Assembly: GCA_965249725.1 (NCBI GenBank)
Contig: CBDFMQ010000002.1
Span: forward strand, 192,001-256,000
DNA: 64,000 nt
Source: Longimicrobiales bacterium
Lineage (GTDB): Bacteria > Gemmatimonadota > Gemmatimonadetes > Longimicrobiales > Gaopeijiaceae
Direction: 5' to 3'
Part shown: in pieces, positions 44,433 through 54,684 of the stretch
Layout of the letters: every line of letters starts with the position of its first letter
How positions within the stretch are numbered: the first letter of the stretch is position 1
Notes under the pieces: model-generated
The model's database searches: none
What the model saw: the letters and a program-made list of their open reading frames with translations, nothing else
Told to the model about the DNA's origin: nothing
Made by a program: the position numbers and the translations under genes

Positions 44433-45611
44433 CTAGCCCAGGTCTCCCGCAATAGCTGATATGAACAGCTCTCGCAGTTCTGTCTCTCCGAGCGGGAGCG
44501 GATTCCCGCCGACGGACGGGTCCAGGACCGCCATCGGAGCGAGCACATCGACGTGGTGCTCTTCCACGCCGAGCTCCGCGAGAGTATGGGGAATGCCGAT
44601 CTCCTCTCGTAGCTCCAAGACCCAGCCCAGCACGGCCTCGAAGGAGGGATCGGGCAGATCCAGGTAGCTCGCCAACCGCACCATCCTCTCTTCGATGGCG
44701 GGGCGATTGAAGGCCAGCACGTACGGCATGACCACCCCGTTCGTGAGGCCGTGGTGCGTATCGAGCACGGCCCCGATCGGGTGACTCAGCGCATGGATCG
44801 CTCCAAGGCCTTTCTGGAACGCCGCCGCTCCCATGCTGGAGGCGGCGAGCATATGGGCCCGGGCAGTGAGGTCGGACCCGTCTCGGACGGCTAGCGGAAG
44901 CCAACGGTGGATGAGCCTGAGACCCTCCACGGCGAGGCCGTCGGCCATCGGGTGGTAACCTGCGGCACACAGCGCTTCGAGGTTGTGTGCCAACGCGTCC
45001 ATTCCCGTCGCGGCGGTAAGGTGTCGGGGCAGGGTCAGGGTCAGTTCCGGGTCGGAGATCACACATCCCGGCAGCATGTTGGCGTGGAAGATGATCTTCT
45101 TGGTCCGAGTCCTGATGTCGGTGATCACCGAGGCTCGGCCGACCTCCGATCCCGTCCCGGCGGTGGTGGGCACGGCGACGACGGGAGCCATGCCCTCCAC
45201 GTCCACTCGTTCGTACCAGTCCTCCCGATCCTCGAAATCCCAGATGGGCCGGTTCTGTCCCACCATCAGTGCGATCGCCTTGCCGGCGTCCAGCGCGCTT
45301 CCACCACCGAAGGCGATCACTCCATTGCATCCGGTTTCCCGATAGGCGGTGACGCCATCCTCGACGTTCCGGCCGATGGGGTTGTGCCTCACCTCGGAGA
45401 ACACGGGCGTGGGCAAGCCGGCGCGTCCATTCGCGGCGACGGCCTCGTCGACCATCTCCAGATCACGCAGCCCTGGGTCCGTCACCAAGAGGGGGTGCGT
45501 GATGCCGAGCTCTTGGCACGCCTCGGCGAGCTCGGAGATACGGCCGGGTCCGAAGCGGACCTCCGTGGGATAGTGCCAGTTGCCCGTGAGTGTCAGAGGA
45601 TCGACGTGCAT
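44433..45611 (-). CDS. Iron-containing alcohol dehydrogenase
   Basis: GGGSALD, PTTAGTGSE, GMDALAH, IHALSH, HHG. Confidence 0.9.
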   Translation of the reverse strand: MHVDPLTLTGNWHYPTEVRFGPGRISELAEACQELGITHPLLVTDPGLRDLEMVDEAVAANGRAGLPTPVFSEVRHNPIGRNVEDGVTAYRETGCNGVIAFGGGSALDAGKAIALMVGQNRPIWDFEDREDWYERVDVEGMAPVVAVPTTAGTGSEVGRASVITDIRTRTKKIIFHANMLPGCVISDPELTLTLPRHLTAATGMDALAHNLEALCAAGYHPMADGLAVEGLRLIHRWLPLAVRDGSDLTARAHMLAASSMGAAAFQKGLGAIHALSHPIGAVLDTHHGLTNGVVMPYVLAFNRPAIEERMVRLASYLDLPDPSFEAVLGWVLELREEIGIPHTLAELGVEEHHVDVLAPMAVLDPSVGGNPLPLGETELRELFISAIAGDLG

Positions 45612-47000
45612 CTATGAGTCCCGGGTTGTCGTTCTCAGATGGAAGGACTTCGGGCGGGTGAGTTGTTCATAGCCGAGCGCGGACAGTGTGCAGCCACGCC
45701 CCGAGTCCTTGACGCCGACCCAGGCCAGAGCAGGGTCCAGGTAGTCGCACCGGTTCATGAACCAGGTGCCGGTGTCGATACGGTCTCCGATCCGGATCGC
45801 CTCATCCTCATCGGCCGTGCAGACACAGGCGGTCAGCCCGTATCGACTGTCGTTCATCAGCTCGATGGCCTCATCGTCCGAGCCGACCTTCATGATTCCG
45901 ATGGCCGGGCCGAACGTCTCCTCGTTCATGAGCTCCATGGAGTGGTCGACCTCCACAAGGACCTCCGGGGCGAGGTACGGCGTGCCGTCCCGTGCGACGG
46001 GGAAGCGCGCGCCGTCGATCAGGGTCCGAGCGCCCCTAGCCTTGGCGCCGGCTATCTGGGCTCGCACCGTATCGGCCGCGCTGGTCCGTACCATCGGACC
46101 CAGGGTGGTCTCGGCATCGAGCGGGTTCCCTAGTCGGAGCCGGTAGGTCTCCTCCACGAACCCCGCGATGAAGTCGTCGTAGACGTGTTGGTGCACGTAG
46201 ATGCGCTCGATACCGCAGCACGACTGACCGGCATTGAAGAAGGCCCCGTCTGCCAAGAGGGCGACGGCGTGCTCGAGGTCGGCGTCGGAGCGCACATAGG
46301 CCGGGTCCTTGCCACCCAATTCCAGGCCCGTGCCGATGAAGCGCTCCCGGGCCGCCCGCTGTACCGCCCGTCCCCCGGGTACGGACCCGGTGAAGGACAC
46401 GAAGTCGACTCGAGCGTCGCCCACCACCCCGGCGACGTCGTCATGGCTCAGGTGCAGGTACTGGAACACGCCGTCGGGTAGATCGGCCGATCCAAACGCT
46501 TCGGCGAACCGCTCCGAGCAGATCGGCGTCTGTGCCGAGTGTTTGAGCACTACGGTATTCCCGGCCATGAGCGCGGGCATGATGGCGTTCACCGCCGTGA
46601 GGTATGGGTAGTTCCACGGGGCGACCACGAAGACGAGCCCCAACGGCTCACGCCGTATGAACCGCCGAAATCCCTCCTTGGGACCCGCGTCCACATCCCC
46701 GAGAGCGTCGTAGGCCGCGGAGATCATATAACGCGATCTCTCTTCGAAACCCCCGACTTCTCCCGGGGATTGGGATAAGGGGCGTCCCATTTGCCACGTG
46801 ATCTCCGGGGCGATGTCGTCCTTGGCCCCTACGAATGCATCGACGGCCTGGCCGAGGATCCGGGCCCGCTCCTCCAGCGAGGTCGCCTTCCAGTCGGCTT
46901 GAGCAGCCTCCGCCCTCGCGAGGGCCTGTTCGATCTCGGTGGCTGAGGCTAGGTCCCGCTCGACGTAGACGCTGCCGTCGACCGGGGAGATGATCTTCAT
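45612..47000 (-). CDS. Aldehyde dehydrogenase
   Basis: PWNYP, FTGS, LELGGKDP, GQSCC, EETFGP. Confidence 0.92.
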   Translation of the reverse strand: MKIISPVDGSVYVERDLASATEIEQALARAEAAQADWKATSLEERARILGQAVDAFVGAKDDIAPEITWQMGRPLSQSPGEVGGFEERSRYMISAAYDALGDVDAGPKEGFRRFIRREPLGLVFVVAPWNYPYLTAVNAIMPALMAGNTVVLKHSAQTPICSERFAEAFGSADLPDGVFQYLHLSHDDVAGVVGDARVDFVSFTGSVPGGRAVQRAARERFIGTGLELGGKDPAYVRSDADLEHAVALLADGAFFNAGQSCCGIERIYVHQHVYDDFIAGFVEETYRLRLGNPLDAETTLGPMVRTSAADTVRAQIAGAKARGARTLIDGARFPVARDGTPYLAPEVLVEVDHSMELMNEETFGPAIGIMKVGSDDEAIELMNDSRYGLTACVCTADEDEAIRIGDRIDTGTWFMNRCDYLDPALAWVGVKDSGRGCTLSALGYEQLTRPKSFHLRTTTRDS

Positions 47001-47019
47001 ACCTGCTCCATGGTCGTCT

Positions 47020-48384
47020 TCATGCCTGCTCGAAGTTCCTTCTCACTTCCCAGTCTGTGACCTTGCGATCGTACTCGGACTGCTCCCAACGGCCGGCGTG
47101 CAGGTAGTGATCGATGACCTCGTCGCCAAAGGCAGCGCGCAACACCGTCGAGCCGTCCAGGGCATCGAGTGCCTCACGCAGCGTCTTGGGTACTTCGCGG
47201 ATGCCTTCCGCTGCGTACGCGTCTCCAGTGAAGACGGCCTCGAGCTCCAGTTCCTGCTCGATGCCGTGGAGGCCGGCCGCGAGCGTGGCGGCGAAGGCGA
47301 GGTAGGGGTTCGCGTCGGCCCCGGGGATGCGGCACTCCACCCGGGTCGACGGACCGGGCCCCAAGACGCGAAAGCCCACGGTGCGGTTGTCCTTGCCCCA
47401 GACGGCGTTCGTCGGAGCGAAGGACCCGGACTGGAAGCGCTTGTACGAGTTGATGTACGGGGCGAAGAAGTAGGTCATCTCGCGGGCCAACTCGAGCTGG
47501 CCTGCCAGGTAGTGCCTGAAGAGCTTGGACATGCCTGCTTCGTCCGCCGCGTCGTCGAAGACCGCTGCACCCGATTCGGCGTCCCACAGCGACGAGTGTA
47601 CGTGGCAGCTGTTGCCCGCCAGGTCGTGGTTCCACTTGGCCATGAAGGTGATGGCGCGCTCGTGCAGGTGGGCGATCTCCTTCGCACCGTTCTTATAGAC
47701 GGCATGGCGATCGGCGGATTCGAGCGCGTCACCGTACCGAAAGTTGATCTCCTGTTGTCCCGGCCCCCACTCACCCTTGGAGAACTCCACGGGAATTCCG
47801 GCCCCATCCATGCCCAAGCGGATCGCTCGGATCAGGGGCTCGTTCTTCGTGGTCTGCAGGATGTGGTAGTCCTCGATGTAGCGGCCTGAGGTCTTGAGAC
47901 GCCCGTAGTCCTTCTCGGCTGCGGACTCGTAGGTCTCGTCGAACAGGTAGAACTCCAGTTCCGAGGCCATCTTGGCCACGAATCCGGCATCCTGGGCCCG
48001 TTGCACCTGCTTCTTCAGGATCTGCCTCGGGGAATGGGGCAGGGGATCCCCGTGGTGATCCACGCAATCCCCCAACACCAACGCGGTCCCGGGAAGCCAG
48101 GGGATGCGGCGCAGGGTGTCCAGATCGGGGCGCACGCCGAAGTCGCCGTATCCCAACCCCCACGACGCGGCCTCGTACCCGGGAACGGGTGTCATCTCCA
48201 TGTCTACCGTGAGTAGGTAGTCACAGACGTGCATCCCCTGGGCCACTTGGTCCATGAAGAAGTGGCCGGTGACCCGCTTCCCGACCAAACGACCCTGCAT
48301 GTCCGGAAAGCAGACTAGGATCGTGTCGATTTCGTTCGACTCCACGAGTTCACGGAGCCACTCTCTATCGAGGTTGCCACTCAT
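47020..48384 (-). CDS. Glutamine-synthetase-like gamma-glutamyl-amine ligase
   Basis: ELEFYLF, EWGPGQQE, GNSCHVHSSL, NSYKR, ECRIPGADANPY. Confidence 0.9.
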   Translation of the reverse strand: MSGNLDREWLRELVESNEIDTILVCFPDMQGRLVGKRVTGHFFMDQVAQGMHVCDYLLTVDMEMTPVPGYEAASWGLGYGDFGVRPDLDTLRRIPWLPGTALVLGDCVDHHGDPLPHSPRQILKKQVQRAQDAGFVAKMASELEFYLFDETYESAAEKDYGRLKTSGRYIEDYHILQTTKNEPLIRAIRLGMDGAGIPVEFSKGEWGPGQQEINFRYGDALESADRHAVYKNGAKEIAHLHERAITFMAKWNHDLAGNSCHVHSSLWDAESGAAVFDDAADEAGMSKLFRHYLAGQLELAREMTYFFAPYINSYKRFQSGSFAPTNAVWGKDNRTVGFRVLGPGPSTRVECRIPGADANPYLAFAATLAAGLHGIEQELELEAVFTGDAYAAEGIREVPKTLREALDALDGSTVLRAAFGDEVIDHYLHAGRWEQSEYDRKVTDWEVRRNFEQA

Positions 48385-48397
48385 GTTCGTCCACCCT

Positions 48398-49888
48398 CTA
48401 TGTGCGTTCACTTTCGCCTGCGGTTGATGCCACGTCGCCTCGGGCGCGCTCCCTCACGGCGAATTCTTCCTCGGGGGAATAGACCAGCGTCTTCCGGCCG
48501 TAGAGGCCGAAATAGGCGACCCCCACCAGGAACCAGATAGCGCATCCGTACACACCCATGCGGTAGTCGGCGTTGATGAACAGGAAGATCAGCGTGATCC
48601 CCGCGATGACCGCCGCCACGATGGCGCCGGCGTTCCCAGATCGGCTCACGTAGGGTCGTTCGATGTGGGGCAGCCTGCGGCGCAGGAGCACGAAGGCCAA
48701 CATCTGCATGATGTAGGCGATCACGGCGCCGAACACCGCCATGTTCAGCAACACTGCTCCGACGGGGCTGCCCTGCGGCACGAAATGGATGACCAGGGCG
48801 ACGATATAGCCGATGATCGCCCCCACGACGAGCGCGATGTGAGGTGTGTGGGAGCGGCGGGTCGTAACGGAGAGCCAGTGCGGAAAATACCCGGCCCGGG
48901 ACAGCGAATAGATGTTGCGTCCGTAGGCGTAGATGATCGTGTGGAAGCTCGCGATCAAGCCGGCGACGGCGAGTAGAGCCAGGACCTTGGTCCCGATGCC
49001 GTCCCCGAAGATGGTCCTGAAGCCGAGCAGTAGGGGTTCGTCGGACAGCCCTACTTCAGCCGCCCCAGGGGCGATCCCGGCGTTCAAGAACAGCGTGAGG
49101 AACGCGCAGACGATCAGGGTGAGGAGTCCGAGCAGAATGCCGCGGGGCATGTCCCGCTTGGGGTCGTGGGACTCTTCGGCTGCAAGCGGCAGCTCTTCGA
49201 TGGCCAAGTAGAACCAGATGGCGAACGGCAGCGCCGCCGCTACGCCGCCCCATCCCCTCGGCAGCCATCGGGTGGCCCCGGCCACCGGTTCGATGTCGAG
49301 GGCGTTGTCCCAGGAGAAGTGTGGGACGGCACCGATGTAGAAGATCAGCAGGATGCTCAGCGCCACCACCGTGATAAAGACCGTGAAGCGGAAGCTGGCC
49401 TCGACCCCCCAAACGTTCAGGCCGACGAACAGCGTGTAGGCGAGTGCCCACCATACCGGAGCGAAGGCGTCGGGCGTGCCGAAGATCGCGCCCAGATAAC
49501 CTCCGATGCCCACCACGATCACGGCGGGCGTCAGCACGTACTCCATGTTCTCGGCGAGCCCCGTGATGAACCCGCCCCACGGGCCCATGGCGGAACGTCC
49601 GAACGAATAGGCGCCCCCGGTGTGTGGGAGGGCCGGGGACATTTCGGCTATGGCGTCGCACATGCCCACGTACATCACCGTGATGATGACCGTAGCGATG
49701 AAGAGCCCGCCGAACCCCCCGGCGTCGAGACCGAAGTTCCAGCCGAAGAAATCGCCCGAGATCACGGCGCCGACGCCGAGCGCCCACAGCGACCAGACTC
49801 GCGCGTGGCGTTTGAGCCCACGCTTCTCGAAGTACTCGGCGTCCACCTCGTGGTATTGGACGCCGCCGACGGTTTCCTTTTCGGACAA
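48398..49888 (-). CDS. APC family amino acid/ethanolamine permease
   Basis: LWALGVGAVISGDFFGWNFG, AIWFYLAIE; GGAGG RBS before TTG 49888. Confidence 0.85.
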   Translation of the reverse strand: MSEKETVGGVQYHEVDAEYFEKRGLKRHARVWSLWALGVGAVISGDFFGWNFGLDAGGFGGLFIATVIITVMYVGMCDAIAEMSPALPHTGGAYSFGRSAMGPWGGFITGLAENMEYVLTPAVIVVGIGGYLGAIFGTPDAFAPVWWALAYTLFVGLNVWGVEASFRFTVFITVVALSILLIFYIGAVPHFSWDNALDIEPVAGATRWLPRGWGGVAAALPFAIWFYLAIEELPLAAEESHDPKRDMPRGILLGLLTLIVCAFLTLFLNAGIAPGAAEVGLSDEPLLLGFRTIFGDGIGTKVLALLAVAGLIASFHTIIYAYGRNIYSLSRAGYFPHWLSVTTRRSHTPHIALVVGAIIGYIVALVIHFVPQGSPVGAVLLNMAVFGAVIAYIMQMLAFVLLRRRLPHIERPYVSRSGNAGAIVAAVIAGITLIFLFINADYRMGVYGCAIWFLVGVAYFGLYGRKTLVYSPEEEFAVRERARGDVASTAGESERT

Positions 49889-50259
49889 GAAGACGCCTCC
49901 GGGTGTGTTTGGGATTGCATGTACCGGCGGCGGAGGCCGGTCCTGCGCCCGGACGGTCCAGGCGGTCTGAAGACAACGAAACATCCGCCGCCCACAACCG
50001 CAAACTACTCGTTAGGACTTACTCGTTACCGGTGGCCCGCTACTTCATCCCCAGGACCCGCTCCGCGAGCGCGCCCCGGCTTCTTCAACCACGTTAGCAT
50101 GGGATCACCGTAACTACGTCACTACAGCTTGTCACATTCGGGTCGGCCCGCTCGTTCTATCTCCGGGCTCTGGCTGCGCGGCCCTTGCCCTGGATAAGGC
50201 GCTCGGGTCAAATCCAAGCTGAAGGCGTGTGAACCGTACCTCCTGGGATCGCGATCCGA

Positions 50260-50763
50260 GTGGACTTCGAGACGACGTTCGACGAGCTGCACCCCGGACT
50301 GTTCCGGTACTGTCATCGATTGACGGGTGACCCGGATCTGGCCGACGACGTAGCACAGGAGGCCTTTGTCCGGTTGTATGACCATCAGGTGGAGGGAGAC
50401 GAGCGTGGAGTTCGCGCCTGGCTGTTCCGCACCGCGACACATTTGGTGCGCGATCGCTACCGCGTGGACGAGAACCGAAGGCGGCTTCTCGAGGTGAATC
50501 CGGTAGAGCCGGCGGCATTCGAGCAGCCGGATCGGGGCGTTCAGCGGGAGGAAGACGTGGTGAGAGTGAGGGCCGCCCTCGAGGGTCTGAACGAACGCGA
50601 CCGAGCGATGTTGTTGGCCCGATACGAAGGGTTCAGCTACCGCGAGATCGCAGACGCCTTCGACGTGGCGGCGGGATCCGTGGGTACCCTGCTTGCACGG
50701 GCCGAGAAGCGATTCGCTGATGCATATCAGCCTGCCAAGGAGAACGATGACGCATCTGGATGA
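50260..50763 (+). CDS. ECF RNA polymerase sigma factor
   Basis: ADDVAQEAF, AWLFR, GFSYREIA...VGTLLARA. Confidence 0.9.
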   Translation: MDFETTFDELHPGLFRYCHRLTGDPDLADDVAQEAFVRLYDHQVEGDERGVRAWLFRTATHLVRDRYRVDENRRRLLEVNPVEPAAFEQPDRGVQREEDVVRVRAALEGLNERDRAMLLARYEGFSYREIADAFDVAAGSVGTLLARAEKRFADAYQPAKENDDASG

Positions 50764-51520
50764 GGGACTACTGCGTGCACTGCTCGACGGGGAGACCGCG
50801 GAGGGTGACACGGAGGCGGCTCGAGCGCATCTGGATCAGTGTGATAGCTGCCAGGCGCTCTCGGTTCAGCTCAGGGAGGCGAGTGCACTCGTTGGCGCTG
50901 CCCTCCGGCATCTCGACACGGTCGAGCCGCCGGCGAGTGCGAAGGCGGCCGTCCTCGCCCGAGTCGGCGCGGATGCCCGGACCGCACCGACCGAACGGTT
51001 CGCATTCGCTCGGGCTGCCATCATCGTGCTCTTCTTCGGGGTGGTGGTCGCGACTGCCTTGCCGGCCTCGCCCGTCCGCGGGTGGCTGGTGGGAGGGTGG
51101 ACTCGCACCGTGGCCCTCTTCACCGGGCCGACACCGAGCGACAATGCGGTCGCTTCGGTGGAGAGAGAGCCGACGCCCCAGGCGGCGGAACCGGCGGGCG
51201 TGCGCCTCGAGGTCGGAACCGGGGACCTGGTGGTCCTCCTCCAGGATATCGAGCCGGACACCGAGTTGGAGGTGCGTTTCGTGGAGGGGTTTCAGGCCGG
51301 AGCGTTCGCCGCTCAGCCCGCGCGTTTTCGTACCGCATCAGGGTTGATCGAGGTCATCGGTGGCTCGGGCCGGGTGCGAATCGACATTCCCCGATCCCTG
51401 GAAGTGGCATCAATCCGCGTCAACGGACGTATGTACCTTACGAAAGCAGGGGATGAACTCGATATCGCGGGGCCCATCCTCACGCGTACGTCCGACGAGA
51501 TTCGTCTGCGGATACAGTAG
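50747..51520 (+). CDS. Zinc-binding (ZAS) anti-sigma factor, membrane-anchored
   Basis: MTHL...HLDQCDSC (H-x3-C-x2-C) then a TM helix; overlaps the sigma gene. Confidence 0.8.
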   Translation: MTHLDEGLLRALLDGETAEGDTEAARAHLDQCDSCQALSVQLREASALVGAALRHLDTVEPPASAKAAVLARVGADARTAPTERFAFARAAIIVLFFGVVVATALPASPVRGWLVGGWTRTVALFTGPTPSDNAVASVEREPTPQAAEPAGVRLEVGTGDLVVLLQDIEPDTELEVRFVEGFQAGAFAAQPARFRTASGLIEVIGGSGRVRIDIPRSLEVASIRVNGRMYLTKAGDELDIAGPILTRTSDEIRLRIQ

Positions 51521-53790
51521 ATGCCACTTCACCTGACGCTCGCCGCCGTGCTTCTCGCGGTCCAAGTCCCGACCGACGGGACGATCGAGGGCGTCGTACG
51601 TGGATACGAGTCGACGGCGGGGAGGACTCTCGCGTACGCAACGGTCGAGGCGGCGGCGGCCGGGGAGCACCGGAGTGCGGTTGCCGACAGCCTGGGCCGA
51701 TACCGGTTCGAGGCTCTGCCGGCCGGCCTCGTACGCCTACGCATCAGTCACCCGGGTCATCGGTCGGCCCGGGTGGACGTGCAGGTGCCCGCCGGCGGCA
51801 CGGTGGCCCTGGACGTCGACCTGGAGGCACAGCCGATCCTACTCTCACCGATCGAGGTGCTGAGTGGTGGGGTCGTGCGGGGAAGGGCCCCACCGGGGTC
51901 GACGCTCCCATCCCCGAGATGGAGGTGGTCACTCTGGCTTTGAGCCCCGGGCTCGGCGAAGCGGGACTGGGAGAGGCGGCGGCGACGCTGCCCGGAAATG
52001 ACCCCGCCGATCCGTCCGACGTCCTCTTCATGCGGGGATCGACCACAGATCTGAAGCTCGTCCTGTTGGACGGGGCGCTGGTATACACACCGTTCCATCT
52101 GGGCGGACTGATCAGCAGCTTCGACGCCTTCGTTCTCGGAGGGGCGGCGCTTCACGTCGGGGGTGCGCCTGCCCGCTACGACGGGGGGCTCTCGTACATC
52201 TTGGACCTCCGAACCAGGACCCCGAGGCGCGACCGGCTGAGGGCGCGGGGGGGACTCGACCTAATCAGCGGGCAGGTGGCCCTGGAGGGGCCCCTCGGTA
52301 AGAAGGCCGGCTTCGCCATCTCCTCCCGCGCCCTGCACGATCTCGGTGCCGGTGCCCTGGGAGGCTCACACAACCCGTACGGGTATCGTGACGCTCTCGG
52401 TCGAGTGGACGCAGAGATCGCGGACGGCCATCAACTGAGCGCGACCGCCTTCTGGAATCGGGAGTCGGTCCTTCTCGCAGTCGACGGTCAGTCCGCATCG
52501 GCGGCTCCAGGTCCTGAAGATGCTTCGTGGGGCAATCAGGCACTGGTGATGGCCTACCGTGGGGTCCTCGGCGATGTGACGCTCGACGCGGCGGCCTCGG
52601 CCAGTGGGTACCAAGCCGACCTGCCGCTGCGACCGACAGACACCGACTCCACGACAACGTCAGAGGGCCTGCTCGCCAGTGCGGAGACGGCCCGTCTGAG
52701 ACTTACGCTGGACGCCTCAGCTCCGCTGGGTGGAACCCGCATCCGCTTTGGAGGGGCTGTCGACCAGGTGACCACGCGGTATTCGGCTCGAGAGTTCGCG
52801 GACCTCGAGCTCGGGCCCGGGGACAAGACGGAAGCGAAAGGGATCGTGTCCGGGGCCTACCTGGACGGCGTCTTCGGCCTCGCTCCGGGTCTCGACTTGC
52901 GAGCGGGAGCGAGGGTCGACGCTTTCTCCACCGAGTCCCGCCTGCGGGTGGCTCCGCGGGTGGCTTTCCTTTGGAGCCTGAGCGGGGATGCCTTGCTCAC
53001 CGTGGCCGCGGGACGGTACCACCAGTATACGCGTGCGTCCGAGGAGCAGGTCGAGTTGGCGGTATCGGACGGAGCCCGGGCGGACGTGACCGGACCGCTC
53101 CTGTCCGTGGCGGCAGCCGACCACGTGGTGCTGTCGCTCGATCAAAGACTCGGCCGCGGCGTACGCCTCGGCGTCGAGGGCTTCTGGAAGGGCTTCTCCG
53201 GTCTCGCGACGCCCGACGACGACGTCCTACGCAGTTCCGGGGTCGACCTGCGCGTTACCCACACGAATCAGCGGGCGACCGCCTGGCTGGGGTACAACCT
53301 CGCCTGGTTCTGGTCGGGGACGAGTGGCTTGAGCGCGTCCAATTTCGCGGGGCGTCAACTCTTGAGTGCAGGGATCACCGGCATGCTCGCGGGACGCACC
53401 GGGGGCAGTTTGCGGGTCGCCTACTCGGCGGGTCTGCCTTACACCAGCATTCCGTTCGGTCAGCGGACCGAAGACGCGGTCACCTCCGGGGGGGACGGTC
53501 CGGCTGCGCCGCAAACACCCCAGCTGCCGGGCGACGCAGCACAGGAGGACCCGGTGTTCGGTGGAGAGCCCGACGACGGCTTCCTGCGCCTCGATCTGGA
53601 GCTCTTCGCCCGCTTCAATCCCAGCATCGGTGGACGGTCGGTCGAGATCCGTCCCTACGTGCGTCTGATCAACGCCTTGGACCAGCGCGATGCGCTATTC
53701 TACTACTTCGAGCCGTGGCGGGACGAGGAGCTGCGGCCCTTGGCGGAGCGCTCGGTCCTGCCGGTCTTCGGGATGGAGTGGCGGTTCTAG
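51521..53790 (+). pseudogene. TonB-dependent receptor-like outer membrane protein, frameshifted near 51870
   Basis: Carboxypeptidase-regulatory N-domain ORF 51521..51943 and plug/barrel ORF 51919..53790 (LLDGALVYTPFHLGG, PARYDGGLS, terminal WRF) are in different frames; one extra G in the G-run at 51869-51872 joins them. Confidence 0.7.
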
Positions 53791-54518
53791 CGGGGCTCGA
53801 ACACGAAGTTGTTCGCGTAGGGGGCCCGGCCGAACGTCTGGTGCGTGTCGAGGTCGAACTCGCACACGTCGATCAGGTCACCACGCCAGAAGAACCTGCC
53901 CTGATATCCGAGATTCTCCAGATACTGGAAGACCTCCGTGACCGCCCGGTCGGGATCGTGTCTGGCCTCACACTCGAAGAGTAGGAGCGGACGGTCCTGT
54001 GTGAGGACCGCTTCGGCGCCCCGGAACAAGTCCAGCTCATGTCCCTCCACATCGACCTTGATGAGGTCTACCGGTCGGCCGAGCTGTCTCTCGCCGAGGA
54101 AGTCGTCCAGCGTGTCGGTCCGGACCGTATACCGCCGCGCGTCGGGACCCGCCAGCGCTCCGACCAGCGAGGCGTCTTGAGACGGACCGCCCCCCGGGGC
54201 GTGCAGGGTACGATCGCCGCCTGATCCGGAGAGTCCTGCCTCTTCGATGTTCACATTGGACCAGCCGAAGCCCGCTACGGCCCGGCGTAGGAATGTGGCC
54301 AGTTCGGGCTGGGGTTCGAACGAGAAGACATGCCCCGAGGCGCCGACCTCCTCCCTCATCCCGTAGGTGTACCCGCCCTTGTACGCCCCCGCATCGACCA
54401 CTACGCCCCCGGGCCGTAGGACGCCGCGCATCCAGCGGATCTCGTCGGGAGCGAGCTTGGTCCGGTATCGCCAGGCTCGATGCCGACACTCCAGGCGCCA
54501 GTAGAAGCTCGAGATCAT
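53787..54518 (-). CDS. FkbM family methyltransferase
   Basis: VDAGAYKG, FSFEPQP, IKVDVEGHE; start uncertain. Confidence 0.85.
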   Translation of the reverse strand: MISSFYWRLECRHRAWRYRTKLAPDEIRWMRGVLRPGGVVVDAGAYKGGYTYGMREEVGASGHVFSFEPQPELATFLRRAVAGFGWSNVNIEEAGLSGSGGDRTLHAPGGGPSQDASLVGALAGPDARRYTVRTDTLDDFLGERQLGRPVDLIKVDVEGHELDLFRGAEAVLTQDRPLLLFECEARHDPDRAVTEVFQYLENLGYQGRFFWRGDLIDVCEFDLDTHQTFGRAPYANNFVFEPR

Positions 54519-54684
54519 GCGATGCGGTCGTCTCAACGTGAAGGGACTCAGGGTCGCCAACCTAGCCGGAACCGGCCGTGGTCGCTTTATGCGTCACAAA
54601 GCCCTCGCCTGATTCGTTTCACCTTCAGCACCGGGTCTGGCCTCGTGCCTGCCCCCACACCGTTCCTTCGGTAGGAGAGACGCT

